Origin: Octopus sinensis
Lineage: Eukaryota
DNA length: 64,000 bases
Assembly: GCF_006345805.1 (NCBI RefSeq)
Contig: NC_043026.1
Span: forward strand, 11,569,751 to 11,633,750
Reading direction: 5' to 3'
The notes under the pieces are model-generated. The model searched no databases, was not told where the DNA came from, and saw only the letters and a list, made by a program, of their open reading frames with translations. Shown here piece after piece: positions 47,311-59,585 of the stretch. Made by a program: the position numbers and the translations under genes. Each line of letters begins with the position of its first letter. Positions within the stretch are counted from its first letter, which is position 1.

Positions 47311-48698
47311 GGTTGTGGATAATTGTGATGGTAGGGGTGAGAGGTCGTAATAGTGGTGATAGTATTGGTTGTGGTTGTGATAGTAACCAAAGGTGCTGAT
47401 GGTGGAGGGAGGAAATTCTCAAGAGTAATCACTGGTAGTATAATTCAAATTTTATTGTAGATATTTTCTGGGGTGACCAAGTCATCAGTGGAAGCAGATG
47501 CTCCAAGAGTATAGCTGCTAGAATAAGTATAGGCTCATAATGGAATTGAAGGTTTATGATACCTGTGGAGCACCTCCTTCTCCGATTATATTTCTGTAGC
47601 TTCAAGGAGCTCGAATGGGTCCCTGATTTGCGATGTCCATGCGAAGTGAGGTGATGAGAATGGCTCCTGAGTACATCACATGGTCGATACAGTAAATATA
47701 AATAGAACAATGCATATATGGAAATATATGAGGGAAATAAGAGACACAACTGGGTAGAATGTTTAAGAGAAGATTTATTGATATGTTAACATGTGATTGT
47801 GTGTACGTCATATATACAGAATAATTGACAGGCCGTCATAAGTACAAAATGTATGCGTGTGTTAAGTGGGACATAGACGTATGTTTGTTAAGAACATATA
47901 AGGATGGTGATGAAGAAGAGACAGTGAAAGAGTCTGTAGCCTTCGAAGTGAGGAGTAAGTTCATAGACACAAGAATGATAAGTACTGTATCAAGAAGTTG
48001 TGGCGATGATGCATAGCCGGTTGTGGTACATGTCGTATGTGAAGTTGTGGCTGTGATGCTACTGCTTGGGTCGCTTGGTACAGGAGTTCTCGCAGGTTGT
48101 ATATTCACTGTTGATCCATGGTGAAGTAATTCACAAATAGTGCAGTGTTGTAACCAGTGCAGGTAGATAGAGAGACGTTGACGTTAAGACAAACGGTGGC
48201 GACGGAGATGGAGGTCGCCGAATGCTGTTGGATGAAATTGGTTAGTCTGCACGTGGCTGCTGTTGTGTTGTCGGTGGAACTGACTGTGTCTTGTGTGGTC
48301 AGTGGCTAGACCTTAAAAGGTCTGGAACTGAGAGACATCAAGACAAGGAGAAGGTAGGGTTTTATAAGAACTTGTAGGCTCAAAGCTGGGTAGAAAACAG
48401 GCTGTCACACATGACCTTATTTGAAGGCTGCGATTGGTTGGGTTGCATACTGGCACGTGATAGAGCAAGGACAAATTGCGCCAATACCAACCAATCAGAG
48501 TAGTGGAGACAACAGGGTCCAAAAATGCGGCCGAAGGCTAGCTGCTACCTACTACTTTCGTATGTATGTATATATAATAGAGAGGAGAGGAATTTCACTC
48601 AAGTGTACGCTACAGACTGGACAAAGTTCAGAGAGCTTCTACCCTTGTTGGTAACAAAGTGCCTCTCCCTCAGAGTGAAAGGCACATTGTATGATGCC

Positions 48699-48932
48699 TA
48701 TTTCTTTACTACCCACAAGGGGCTAAACACAGAGAGGACAAACAAGGACAGACAAACGGATTAAGTCAATTATATCGATCCCCAGTGCATAACTGGTACT
48801 TAATTTATTGACCCCGAAAGGATGAAAGGCAAAGTCGACCTCAGCGGAATTTGAACTCAGAACGTGGCGACAGACGAAATACCACGAAGCATTTCGCCCG
48901 GTGCGCTAACGTTTCTGCCAGCTCGCCGCCTT
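48699..48932 (-). mobile_element. SINE family A monomer
   Basis: 11-bp TSD TGTATGATGCC. Confidence 0.9.
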
Positions 48933-49176
48933 GATGTATGATGCCTGTGTGTGACACACTGTTTTTGTCTCTTTTCCAATGTGAATACATTTACAGTTAC
49001 AGTTGAAGGGGTATATTCATGATTTTCATACAAAGAAATTTGACAGTAAATCATATCCCTTCAATCTGTAAGAGAAAATTAAAGCTGGAATGAGAAAAAG
49101 ATCAACCAGTTGTAAAAGAATACGTAGGAAAGAGAGCCGGGAGTGAAGTCCACAAAGCTAAACACACCTTGTTTAA

Positions 49177-49397
49177 TCCTTTAGTGTTCACATTATTCTT
49201 CCAAAATTAATCCTTTCTCATCCACTTTGTTTTGAACTAATCATGCATTATCTTGTAGCTATGAGATTTTGATGAGGAAGCTGTTAATTTTTAAAACGAT
49301 ATTGTAGGATTGGTATGAGAGACCAGATCTGGCCAGTTTGCACATAAAACAGGCAGAATACTTTTGGCCGGATATGGCCGGTTTAAATACTAAAGGG
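49177..49397. mobile_element. piggyBac-like MITE, family P1, 100 nt past the ZNF-8 stop
   Basis: TTAA|TCCTTTAG ... TAAAGGG|TTAA; body matches 30713..30935. Confidence 0.8.
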
Positions 49398-49497
49398 TTA
49401 AGGTAGAGCTTAAAATTTTCAAGAATTCTCGCACTGATACAGGTAAGTCATGACTTTGAGAGAATGAATTACCACAAACATCCCAGTGATGTGGCTT

Positions 49498-51030
49498 CTA
49501 TCCTGTATGAACACGTTTGTGTTTAGTTAAGTCATTGCTTTGTATGAAGGATTTACCACAAATATCACAGCAAAATGGCTTCTCTCCTGTATGAACACGT
49601 TTGTGTATTTTTAAATTACTACTTTGGGAGAATGTCTTCCTACAAATGTCACATTTATATGGTTTCTCTCCTGTATGAATACGTATATGTATTGTCAAGG
49701 TACCTCTTTGAGGGAATGATTTACCACAGATATCACATTGGTATGGCTTGTCTCCTGTATGAATACGTTTGTGTGTAGTTAAGTCACCACTTCCAGCGAA
49801 TGACTTACCACAGATATCACAGCGATATGGTTTCTCCCCTGTATGAATTCGCTTGTGCTTAGTTACATGACTACTTTGAGAAAATGATTTTCCACAGATA
49901 TCACACTGGTATGCCTCTTCTCCTACATGAATACGTTTGTGTATTGTTAAGTGAATATTTTCAGAAAATGATTTACAACAAATATCACATTGGTATGGCT
50001 TCTCTCCTGTATGAATACGTACATGTGTCGTTAAGCTACTACGTACAGAGAATGATTTACCACAGATATCACACTGATATGGCTTCTCTCCTGAGTGAAC
50101 ACGTTTGTGTGTTGTCAAGTTAGAACTTGCTGGGAATGACTTACCACAGATATTGCATCGATATGGCTTCTCTCCTGTATGGATACGTTTGTGAGTTGCT
50201 AAGTTCCAACGTACAGGGAATGATTTACCACAGATATTACACTGATACGGTTTCTCTCCTGTGTGAGTAAACTTATGAGACACTAAGTAATTAAAGTGAG
50301 AAAATGATTTACCACAGAAATCACAGTGATATGGTTTCTCTCCTGTATGAATTCGTTTGTGAGAAGTCAAGGAAGTATTTCGGGTGAAAGATTTGCCACA
50401 GACATCACAGTGATGTGGCTTTTCTCCTGTATGAGTAAGTTTGTGTTTTGTTAAACCACTACACTGAGCGAATGATCTACCACAGACATTACAGTGATAT
50501 GGCTTATCTCCTGTGTGAACACGTTTATGTTTAGTTAAGTCGCTACATTGAGAGAAAGATTTACCACAGATATCACAGTGATACGGCTTCTCTCCCGTAT
50601 GAATATGCTTGTGTGATGTTAAGTAATGAAATCGAGAGAATGACTTACCACAGTCATCACATTGATATGGTTTCTCTCCTGTATGAATATGTTGGTGGGA
50701 AATCAAGGCACTACTTACAGAAAATGATTTACCACAGATATCACAATGATACGGCTTCTCTCCTGTATGAATGCGGTGGTGTATAGTCAACTCACTACTT
50801 CCACAGAATGATTTACCGCAAATATCACACCGATATGGTTTCTCTCCTGTATGAATACGTTTGTGTTTAGTTAGGTTACCATTCTGTGAGAATGATTTAC
50901 CACAGATATCACACTGAAATGGTTTCTCTCCTGTATGAATACGTCTGTGTTTTGTTAGGTTACTATTCTCAGAGAAGGGCTTTTTACAGATATCACATTT
51001 ATATGATGGGTTTCCTATATCTTTAGGCAT
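49498..51030 (-). CDS. ZNF-8: C2H2 zinc-finger protein, 510 aa, 18 fingers
   Basis: The listed ORF starts at TTG 51048; ATG 51030 (MPKDIGNPSYKC) is 11 codons before the first Cys. Confidence 0.92.
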   Translation of the reverse strand: MPKDIGNPSYKCDICKKPFSENSNLTKHRRIHTGEKPFQCDICGKSFSQNGNLTKHKRIHTGEKPYRCDICGKSFCGSSELTIHHRIHTGEKPYHCDICGKSFSVSSALISHQHIHTGEKPYQCDDCGKSFSRFHYLTSHKHIHTGEKPYHCDICGKSFSQCSDLTKHKRVHTGDKPYHCNVCGRSFAQCSGLTKHKLTHTGEKPHHCDVCGKSFTRNTSLTSHKRIHTGEKPYHCDFCGKSFSHFNYLVSHKFTHTGEKPYQCNICGKSFPVRWNLATHKRIHTGEKPYRCNICGKSFPASSNLTTHKRVHSGEKPYQCDICGKSFSVRSSLTTHVRIHTGEKPYQCDICCKSFSENIHLTIHKRIHVGEEAYQCDICGKSFSQSSHVTKHKRIHTGEKPYRCDICGKSFAGSGDLTTHKRIHTGDKPYQCDICGKSFPQRGTLTIHIRIHTGEKPYKCDICRKTFSQSSNLKIHKRVHTGEKPFCCDICGKSFIQSNDLTKHKRVHTG

Positions 51031-51134
51031 GTCTTCAGAGAAAATCAATTCCTCAATTTTGTGACTTTATTTTTGCAAACCAGAGCATGCATATTTCTCT
51101 CTCTATATAGATATATATATTGTGGATAGTGTGG

Positions 51135-51305
51135 AAAAAGCACCCACTACACTCTTGGAGTGGTTGGCGTTAGGAAGAGCATCCAGTTGTAGAAACCTTG
51201 CCAGATCAAATTGGAGCCCGGTGCAGACTCCTGGCTTGCCAGTCCTCAGTCAAACCATACAACCCACGCCAGCATGGAAAGAAGACGCTAAATGATGATG
51301 ATAAT
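51135..51305 (+). mobile_element. SINE-like family C, 5'-truncated, in the inferred ZNF-8 5' UTR
   Basis: GGTTGGCGTTAGGAAGAGCATCC core and (GAT)n tail. Confidence 0.75.
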
Positions 51306-52159
51306 GATATATATATATACATACATACATACACATATTTGTTATTACCTTAGTGTTAATCATTCCTTACAAATTTTTTTAGCTATTGTATTTTTGTCCA
51401 GAGTTATCTATATCTAACAACACTTGAAAATACATCCAAGGTTAATTAGCACAGAAGCTCATTTTGTACACACTCAAGATAATGATGAACAGAAGTGTGC
51501 GGTTAACAATCTCAGTTCAGAGCAAATATGTCGCTGGAATTCTATGATAAATTTATAGAAGCAGTGCTAAATATCTGATCTATATAGCATCTTCCCTTAG
51601 TCTTGAAAAGGTGATATGTTTTGAAGGTGCATCTTCTGTAATGCCAATGTCATCTGGTATTCTGAAATAAATAAAGAAACATCAGTTTAAAATATAGTGG
51701 ATACTTAAAAAATAGAGATTCAACAATGGGAAATTTCTAACATTTTCACAGATATTAATTGCAGAAACAAACATTTACTTAACAACTGAATATTTTTTAT
51801 TTACTAAAATTTACATAACAGAATTTTGCGCAAAGTTTACATATTTGCAAACTAGAGCAACACCTTCACATTGTGTTAACCCTTTATGGGCCTGCAGGGT
51901 TGGAATTACACAAAAGGCAATTGGGGTCTTGTTTGTACATGTTTATTCTTATGACAGTTCCTCGCCGATCCGCCTCTATTTTAGTGGGGCTGGGAGTCCT
52001 TTGCGGATTATTCGATGGTGAGATTAACTTGGAAAAATAATTTCCCACGGAAATTGAGTGGGGTGTTCTAAAATATATCCGATTTAGAAATCATCGTTTT
52101 CCCTCAGTGGCAACTACGATTAAACTGAAGTAAATACAGTTTTACGGTCGTTGGTTACT

Positions 52160-53104
52160 TTTTTACTTGTTTCAGTCCTTTGACTGTGTCCATGCTGGAG
52201 CACCACCTTTAGTCAAGCAAATCAACCCCAGGACTTATTCTTTGTAAGCCTAGTACTTATTCTATCGGTCTCTTTTACTTGTTTCAGTCCTTTGACTGTG
52301 GCCATGCTGGAGCACCGCCTTTAGTCAAGCAAATCAACCCCAGGACTTATTCTTTGTAAGCCCAGTACTTATTCTATCGGTCTCTTTTACTGTTTCAGTC
52401 CTTTGACTGTGGCCATGCTGGAGCACCGCCTTTAGTCAAGCAAATCAACCCCAGGACTTATTCTTTGTAAGCCCAGTACTTATTCTATCGGTCTCTTTTA
52501 CTTGTTTCAGTCCTTTGACTGTGGCCATGCTGGAGCACCGCCTTTAGTCAAGCAAATCAACCCCAGGACTTATTCTTTGTAAGCCCAGTACTTATTCTAT
52601 CGGTCTCTTTTACTTGTTTCAGTCCTTGACTGTGGCCATGCTGGAGCACCGCCTTTAGTCAAGCAAATCAACCCCAGGACTTATTCTTTGTAAGCCCAGT
52701 ACTTATTCTATCGGTCTCTTTTACTTGTTTCAGTCCTTTGACTGTGGCCATGCTGGAGCACCGCCTTTAGTCAAGCAAATCAACCCCAGGACTTATTCTT
52801 TGTAAGCCTAGTACTTATTCTATCGGTCTCTTTTTGCCGAACCGCTAAGTGACGGGGATGTAACACACCAGCATCGGTTGTCAAGCGATGTTGGGGGGAC
52901 AAACACAGACACACAAACATATACATACACATACATATATATATATATATATACGATGGGCTTTTTTCAGTTTCCACTCACAAGGCTTTGGTCAGCCCGA
53001 GGCTATAGTAGAAGACACTTGCCCAAGGTGCCACGCAGTGCGACTGAACCCGGAACCATGTGGTTGGTAAACAAGCTACTTACCACACAGCCACTCCTAC
53101 GCCT
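52160..53104 (-). repeat. SINE family B with six tandem ~112-bp tail modules
   Basis: TTTTACTTGTTTCAGTCCTTTGACTGTGGCCATGCTGG...TTCTATCGGTCTC occurs six times (52160..52830), then a single body and head. Confidence 0.92.
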
Positions 53105-53189
53105 ACATCAACATTCGAAAATTCTAATGAATACAAACATACAGGACAGCATTTCTCTCTCTCTCTCTACATATATATATATATATATT

Positions 53190-53551
53190 CTTTTACTTGT
53201 TTCAGTCATTTGACTGCGGCCATTTGACTGATTCTATTGTAAGCCCAGTACTTATTCTATCGGTCTCCTTTGCCGAACCGCTAAGTGACGGGGACACAAA
53301 CACACCAGCATCGGTTGTCAAGCAATGCTATGGGGACAAACACAGACACACAAACACACGCACGCATACATATATATATAAACATATATACGACGGGCTT
53401 CTTTCAGTTTCCGTCTACCAAATCCACTCACAAGGCATTGGTCGGCCCGGGGCTATAGCAGAAGACACTTGCCCAAGATGCCACGCAGTGGGACTGAACC
53501 CGGAACCATGTGGTTGGTTAGCAAGCTACTTACCACACAGCCACTCCTGCG

Positions 53552-53553
<2 letters not shown>
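53190..53553 (-). mobile_element. SINE family B (tail partly deleted) followed by (TA)n 53554..53610
   Basis: Head and body intact. Confidence 0.85.
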
Positions 53554-53612
<59 letters not shown>

Positions 53613-53844
53613 TATACAAAGATATACATGTATGCCTATGGGATTTTTTTGAAAGAATAAAATCCGTAAAAAGATTATTTGCATTTATTTTTTGTTTTGA
53701 TATACAACACACGCTTTGATGTTCAAGACCAACTTTCATTCTCCTGACAGCTGAACACATATAGTCATTCACCCACGTACAAAGTCATTCACACACACAG
53801 TTATCGACACACATACAAAGATATATACATGAATCTGTTTAATG

Positions 53845-54230
53845 CTTTTGCGAAGACATGTTGGGGCAAGCGAAATTGAAATCGAATTGAACCAGCCAGG
53901 ATCCCTGGTCTGGTGGTACGTAAAAAGCACTATCCGACTCGTGGCCGATGCCAGCGCCGCCTCGACCGGCTTCTGTGCCGGTGGCACGTAAAATACACCA
54001 ATCTGACCGTGGCTGTTGCCAGCCTCGCCTGGCACCTGTGCAGGTGGCACGTAAAAAGCACCCACTACACTCACGGAGTGGCTGGCATTAGGAAGGGCAT
54101 CTAGCTGTAGAAACATTGCCAGATAAGACTGGAGCCTGGTGCAGCCTTCTGGCTGCCCAGATCCCCGGTTGAACCGTCCAACCCATGCTAGCATGGAGAA
54201 CGGATGTTAAACGATGATGATGATGATGAT
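53845..54230 (+). mobile_element. SINE-like family C, near full length
   Basis: Same 5' end (GCGAAGACATGTTGGGGCAAGCGAAA) as the 32808 copy; (GAT)n tail. Confidence 0.85.
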
Positions 54231-54339
54231 GTTGTTACTGTTGTTATACTTAATCTTTTTATGTAATTGTTTATAAGAATCGTTTGTTACTTCTTAGATA
54301 TTTTTGGTAATTTTTTCGTCTTGTTTCTTGAAACATTAT

Positions 54340-54685
54340 TAACCCACTTATCCAGCTTTTTCACTTTACCGATTTGAACCAGGTGAGTCAATATTGTTTG
54401 CTTGCTAACACCAAACAGCAACGATAATTCTCGGGCACTTTGAGATGGATCTGACTCGACGGTGGCTTTCAGTTCGTCATTATCCACCTTTGTTTCTGGT
54501 CGACCACGCTGTTCATTTGTGAGGTCGAAGTTACCAGAACGAAATTTTGCAAACCAATTCGATACTGTCTGCTGTGTAATAACATTAGAATGAAACACTC
54601 CATTAATATTCCGAGCCGCCTGTGATGCTGTATTTCCAAGAAAGAACTCGTATTTCAAAACTGTACGAATTTCCGACTTATCCAT
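54340..54685 (-). pseudogene. mariner transposase N-terminal half (HTH domains up to the WVPHEL linker), truncated
   Basis: MDKSEIRTVLKYEFFLGNTASQAARNIN...TVSNWFAKFRSGNFDLTNEQRGRP...IGKVKKLDKWV, a Mos1/Hsmar1-like N-terminus; homology stops at WV. Confidence 0.88.
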
Positions 54686-54835
54686 CTCTAAACAAAAAAC
54701 AGCAAAAAACGATTTGTAAATCCTTTATAAGACGCAAAATGAGTTAGGGTACTACTAGCGAACAGTGGTCCCGGTACGCACTAGCTAGTCATGACTAGTC
54801 GATCTTTACTTTGCGTTATTTACTTTGTTTAAAAG

Positions 54836-55392
54836 GCGAACCTTCGGTATAGGTACCGTAAGTGGCTTTGTTTACATTTCTGAAGATAACAGAAATACGC
54901 GCAGGAGTGGCTGTGTGGTAAGTAACTTGCTAACCAACCACATGGTTCCGGGTTCAGTCCCACTGCGTGGCATCTTGGGCAAGTGTCTTCTGCTATAGCC
55001 TTGTGAGTGGATTTGGTAGACGAAAACTGAAAGAAGCCTGTCGTATATATGTATATATATGTATGTGTGTGTTTGTGTGTATGTGTTTGTGTGTCTGTGT
55101 TTGTCCCCCTAGCATTGCTTGACAACCGATGCTGGTGTGTTTACGTCCCCATCACTTAGCGGTTCGGCAAAAGAGTCTGATAGAATAAGTACTGGGCTTA
55201 CAAAAGAATAAGTCCCCGGGGGTCGATTTGCTCGACTAAAGGCGGTGCTCCAGCATGGCCGCAGTCAAATGACTGAAACAAGTAAAAGAGTATAACAGAA
55301 ATCCTTTTCTCCCCCCCTAACCCCCCCCCCCCATATATATAAAAAAATACACTTTCTTGAAATGTATCCGGTACTTATACCGAAGTTACGCC
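54836..55392. mobile_element. MITE family M3 interrupted by a full SINE B (54897..55291, plus strand)
   Basis: SINE TSD ATAACAGAAAT on both sides; MITE TIRs GGCGAACCTTCGGTATAGGTAC / TATACCGAAGTTACGCC. Confidence 0.85.
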
Positions 55393-55431
55393 AAAACAAT
55401 TATTTATTTTGTGTTTTATTTACTTTGCTAC

Positions 55432-55805
55432 GTAGTCGTTGTAGGATCGACTAGTCACGACTAGCTAGCACGGATGCTCGAGTACGCGAGTGCGCGCACC
55501 GGGAGCACTGTTCGCGAGTTAGAATAAAGAAATAGATTTGTCAGCTTTATAACGGTGCAGGTAGGTAATCTTTCGATATAACTTACCTTTAGTTCTATAT
55601 GAATGAATGGTTAGTCGTTGTAGGATCGACTAGTCACGACTAGCTAGCACGGATGCTCGAGTACGCGAGTGCGCGCACCGGGACCACCTGTTCGCTAGTC
55701 GTACCCGAGTTAGAATAAAAGAAATAGATGTGTCAGCTTTATAACGGCGCAGGTAGGTAATCTTTCGATATAACTTACCTTTAGTGCTATATGAATGAAT
55801 GGTTG
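55432..55805. repeat. ~180-190-bp CpG-rich tandem duplication containing a minus-strand AAG|GTAAGT donor in each unit
   Basis: GGATCGACTAGTCACGACTAGCTAG occurs twice here, and related copies are at about 17670 and (inverted) 54780. Confidence 0.75.
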
Positions 55806-56021
55806 GAGCAAAAATAGATTTAGTCAGTGCAGATCTTCAAAAATTGGGACAAATTTCGATTTCGATTTCGCCATCGGAAGAGGTGTGCAGCGGAAACGGA
55901 AGTATAAAGTGTCATGTGACAAAAACCTACATCTTTCTGCTCTCCAGCGGAAGAAGATGAAATGAACAAGAGGGGAGACCACTCAGTGGATTCCTTGTAT
56001 GCTAAAAATAGATGTCAAACC

Positions 56022-56624
56022 TATTTCTTTACTACCCACAAGGGGCTAAACACAGAGAGGACAAACAAGGACAGACAAGCGGATTAAGTCGATTACATCG
56101 ACCCCAGTGCGTAACTGGTACTTATTTAATCGACCCCCGAAAGGATGAAAGGCAAAGTGGACCTCGGCGGAATTTGAACTCAGAACGTAACGGCAGACGA
56201 AATATCTATTTCTTTATTACCCACAAGGGGCTAAACACAGAGGGGACTAACAAGGACAGACAAAGGGATTAAGTCGATTACATCGACCCCCAGTGCGTAA
56301 CTGGTACTTATTTTATCGACCCCGAAAGGATGAAAGGCAAAGTCGACCTCGGCGGAATTTGAACTCAGAACGTAACGGCAGACGAAATATCTATTTCTTT
56401 ATTACCCACAAGGGGCTTAACATAGAGGGGACTAACAAGGACAGACAAAGGGATTAAGTCGATTACATCGACCCCGGTGCGTAACTGGTACTTAATTTAT
56501 CGACCCCGAAAGGATGAAAGGCAAAGTCGACCTCGGCGGAATTTGAACTCAGAACGTAACGGCAGACGAAATACCTCCAAGCATTTCGCCCGGCGTGCTA
56601 ACGTTTCTGCCAGCTCACCGCTTT
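56022..56624 (-). mobile_element. SINE family A trimer
   Basis: 13-bp TSD TAGATGTCAAACC; junction variant AAAGAAATA|GATATTTCG twice. Confidence 0.9.
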
Positions 56625-56811
56625 CTAGATGTCAAACCGTCCTACCACGAAATCTGTGCTCTCAAATTAGCATGCCCCACTAAACTGGGTTCCACTTCTA
56701 TCTTTCACTTCAAAATTTTTTTGTCTGATTAATGAATTCCATGTACAGTTATTAAACATCTCTCGCCTACCACTGTTATAATACATTTTTTAACAATTCT
56801 ACAATTATATA

Positions 56812-56975
56812 TTTCTTTATTGCCCACAAGGGGCTAAACATAGAGAGGACAAACAAGGACAGAGAAAGGGATTAAGTCGATTACATCGACCCCAGTGCGA
56901 AACTGGTACTTTTATTTATCGACCCCGAAAGGATGAAAGGCAAAGTCGACCTCGGCGGAATTTGAACTCAGAACC
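56812..56975 (-). mobile_element. SINE family A, 5'-truncated
   Basis: TSD CTACAATTATA. Confidence 0.85.
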
Positions 56976-57101
56976 TACAATTATAGGACAAACGTTCGCC
57001 CATGGTACGTTTCGTAATTACCATACACACACACACACGCAGTGTCCTTTATAAAACATTTCCGTAAGTATAATTAAACAATGAAAATATTTCATCTTTT
57101 T

Positions 57102-57303
57102 GGCGATCTTTCGTCTCTAGTAGACCTTTCCGTCGATCTCCGTAAAAAAAATTTTTTTTTTTTTTTTTACATATGGGCTTGCGGGAACTTTTGAAGTAAT
57201 ATACGTACATATACACATACACCGAGTAAAAAAATTCAGTTATCTCTTTCTTTCACACATTACTCTGTTCGACGGAAAGGTCTACTAGAGACGAAAGATT
57301 GCC
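57102..57303. mobile_element. MITE family M1, internally deleted
   Basis: TIRs present; CATCTTTT on both flanks. Confidence 0.8.
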
Positions 57304-57609
57304 CATCTTTTAATATCATCGTCATTTGTTTTTGACGAGTCGATTCTTTGTGTCTGTCCTACCTTTTATACATGAAATTTGCCTACTTTGTGCGTGATTT
57401 GGCTGCTATTTCTTGCTACGAAACCTATTTTGTTGACAGCCCATCGTTGCTACTTTAGATTGTTGTGTGATTTAGTTTGAGAAATATTTTGTATTACACT
57501 AGACTCGGTCTATTATAATTTGGTTTCAAATTTTGTGACAATGCCAGCAATTTAGCTGGTGAATAAGTCGATTACATCGATTCCAGTGTTTAACTGGTAC
57601 TTGCTTTAA

Positions 57610-58010
57610 AAGGCGGTGAGCTGGCAGACACGTTAGCACGCCGGGCGAAATGCTTAGCGGTATTTCGTCTGCCGTTACGTTCTGAGTTCAAATTCCGCCG
57701 AGGTCGACTTTGCCTTTCATCTTCTCGGGGTCGATAAATTAAGTACCAGTTACGCACTGGGGTCGATGTAATCGACTTAATACCTATGTCTGTCCTTGTT
57801 TGTCCCCTCTGTGTTTAGCCCCTTGTGGGTAATAAAGAAATAGGTATTTCGTCTGCGTTACGTTCTGAGTTCAAATTCCACCGAGGTCGACTTTGCCTTT
57901 CATCTTCTCGGGGTCGATAAATTAAGTACCAGTTACACACTGGGGTCGATATAATCGACTTAATCCGTTTGTCTTCTCTGTGTTTAGCCCCTTGTGGGTA
58001 GTAAAGAAAT
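57610..58010 (+). mobile_element. SINE family A dimer nested in an older opposite-strand family A-like copy (about 57560..58150)
   Basis: One GGTATTTCG junction near 57842; GGTACTT on both flanks. Confidence 0.8.
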
Positions 58011-58456
58011 AGGTACTTAATTTATCGACCCCAAAAGGATGAAAAGCAAATTCATCTTCGGCGGAATTTGAACTTGGAGCGCAGGGACAGTCGAATGCAA
58101 CTAAGCATTTTGCCTGGTATGCTAAAGATTCTGCTAGCTCGCCGCCTTATTGCATTATTTTATTTCTTTATTGCCCACAGGGGGCTAAACATAGAAGGGA
58201 CAAACAAGGACAGACAAAGGGTTAAAGTTGATTAGGTCAACCCCTGTACGTAACTGGTACAGTTCAACACTTAACCAGCATGGAAAATGTGTTTTATCAT
58301 GGTGATAATGACATTTTTGGATAGACTGTCTATTGTTTATTCTTTACAACTTTTTGTCCAGTCAAAGCTGACATGGGGCTGATTAACCATGTCCAATTCT
58401 ATTTCTGGAAAGAGAGATTTATTGTTGACTATTTTGTAGTTTAATATATATATATC

Positions 58457-58963
<507 letters not shown>

Positions 58964-59585
58964 TAACACAATGTGAAGGTGTATCTCTAGTTTACAAATG
59001 TGTATGCTTCTGTTATGTAGATTTTAGTAAATTAAAATGTTCAGTCGTTAAAGTAAATATTTGTTCCTGCAATTAATCTCTATAGAAATGGTATCAATTT
59101 TCCACTATTAAATCTCTGATTTTCAATTAGCCTCTGTATTTTAATCTGATGTTTCTTTGTTATTTCAGATTAATAGATGGACTAACAGAAGATGCACCTT
59201 CAAAGCGTACCTTCATTTAAAGACTGAATGTAAATGTTATATGGAAGAGACAGCTACCACTGTTTCTATGAATTCATTGTAAAATTCCAAAGACATTTTG
59301 CTCTGAACTGAGATTATCAACAAAATTTCTGCCGTAATCTGGAGTGTATACAAAGTGAGTTTGTGTGCTCTAATTAAACTTGGGATAAATTTTCATAAGA
59401 GATTGTAGATAAAGGTAACATTGAACAGAAATGCAGCAGCAGAAAAAGTTGTAAAGAATAAACAATAGAAATAGAATCAACAAGAAATATATAGAAATAT
59501 AGAAATATTTTGATTTGCGAAGGGAAAAGTATTGCAAAAACATCAAAAACTTAAAATTGATTTTTTCTTGAAGACATGCCTAAAG

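Noticed and set aside
49430-49500. A-to-I recoding of the ZNF-8 UAG to extend the protein by one finger
   Set aside because: The downstream in-frame finger has lost its first Cys (TGG) and both His ligands, so read-through would add no functional finger.
54287-54685. Intact or domesticated mariner transposase, or joining with the C-terminal half at 3825..4090
   Set aside because: The ORF stops at the WV linker with no catalytic domain. The other fragment is 50 kb away, has a stop, and there is no evidence that both come from one element.
57610-57700. SINE heads (families A, B, D, E) as functional tRNA genes
   Set aside because: The anticodon arm is expanded or unpaired, and the heads continue into SINE bodies with TSDs.
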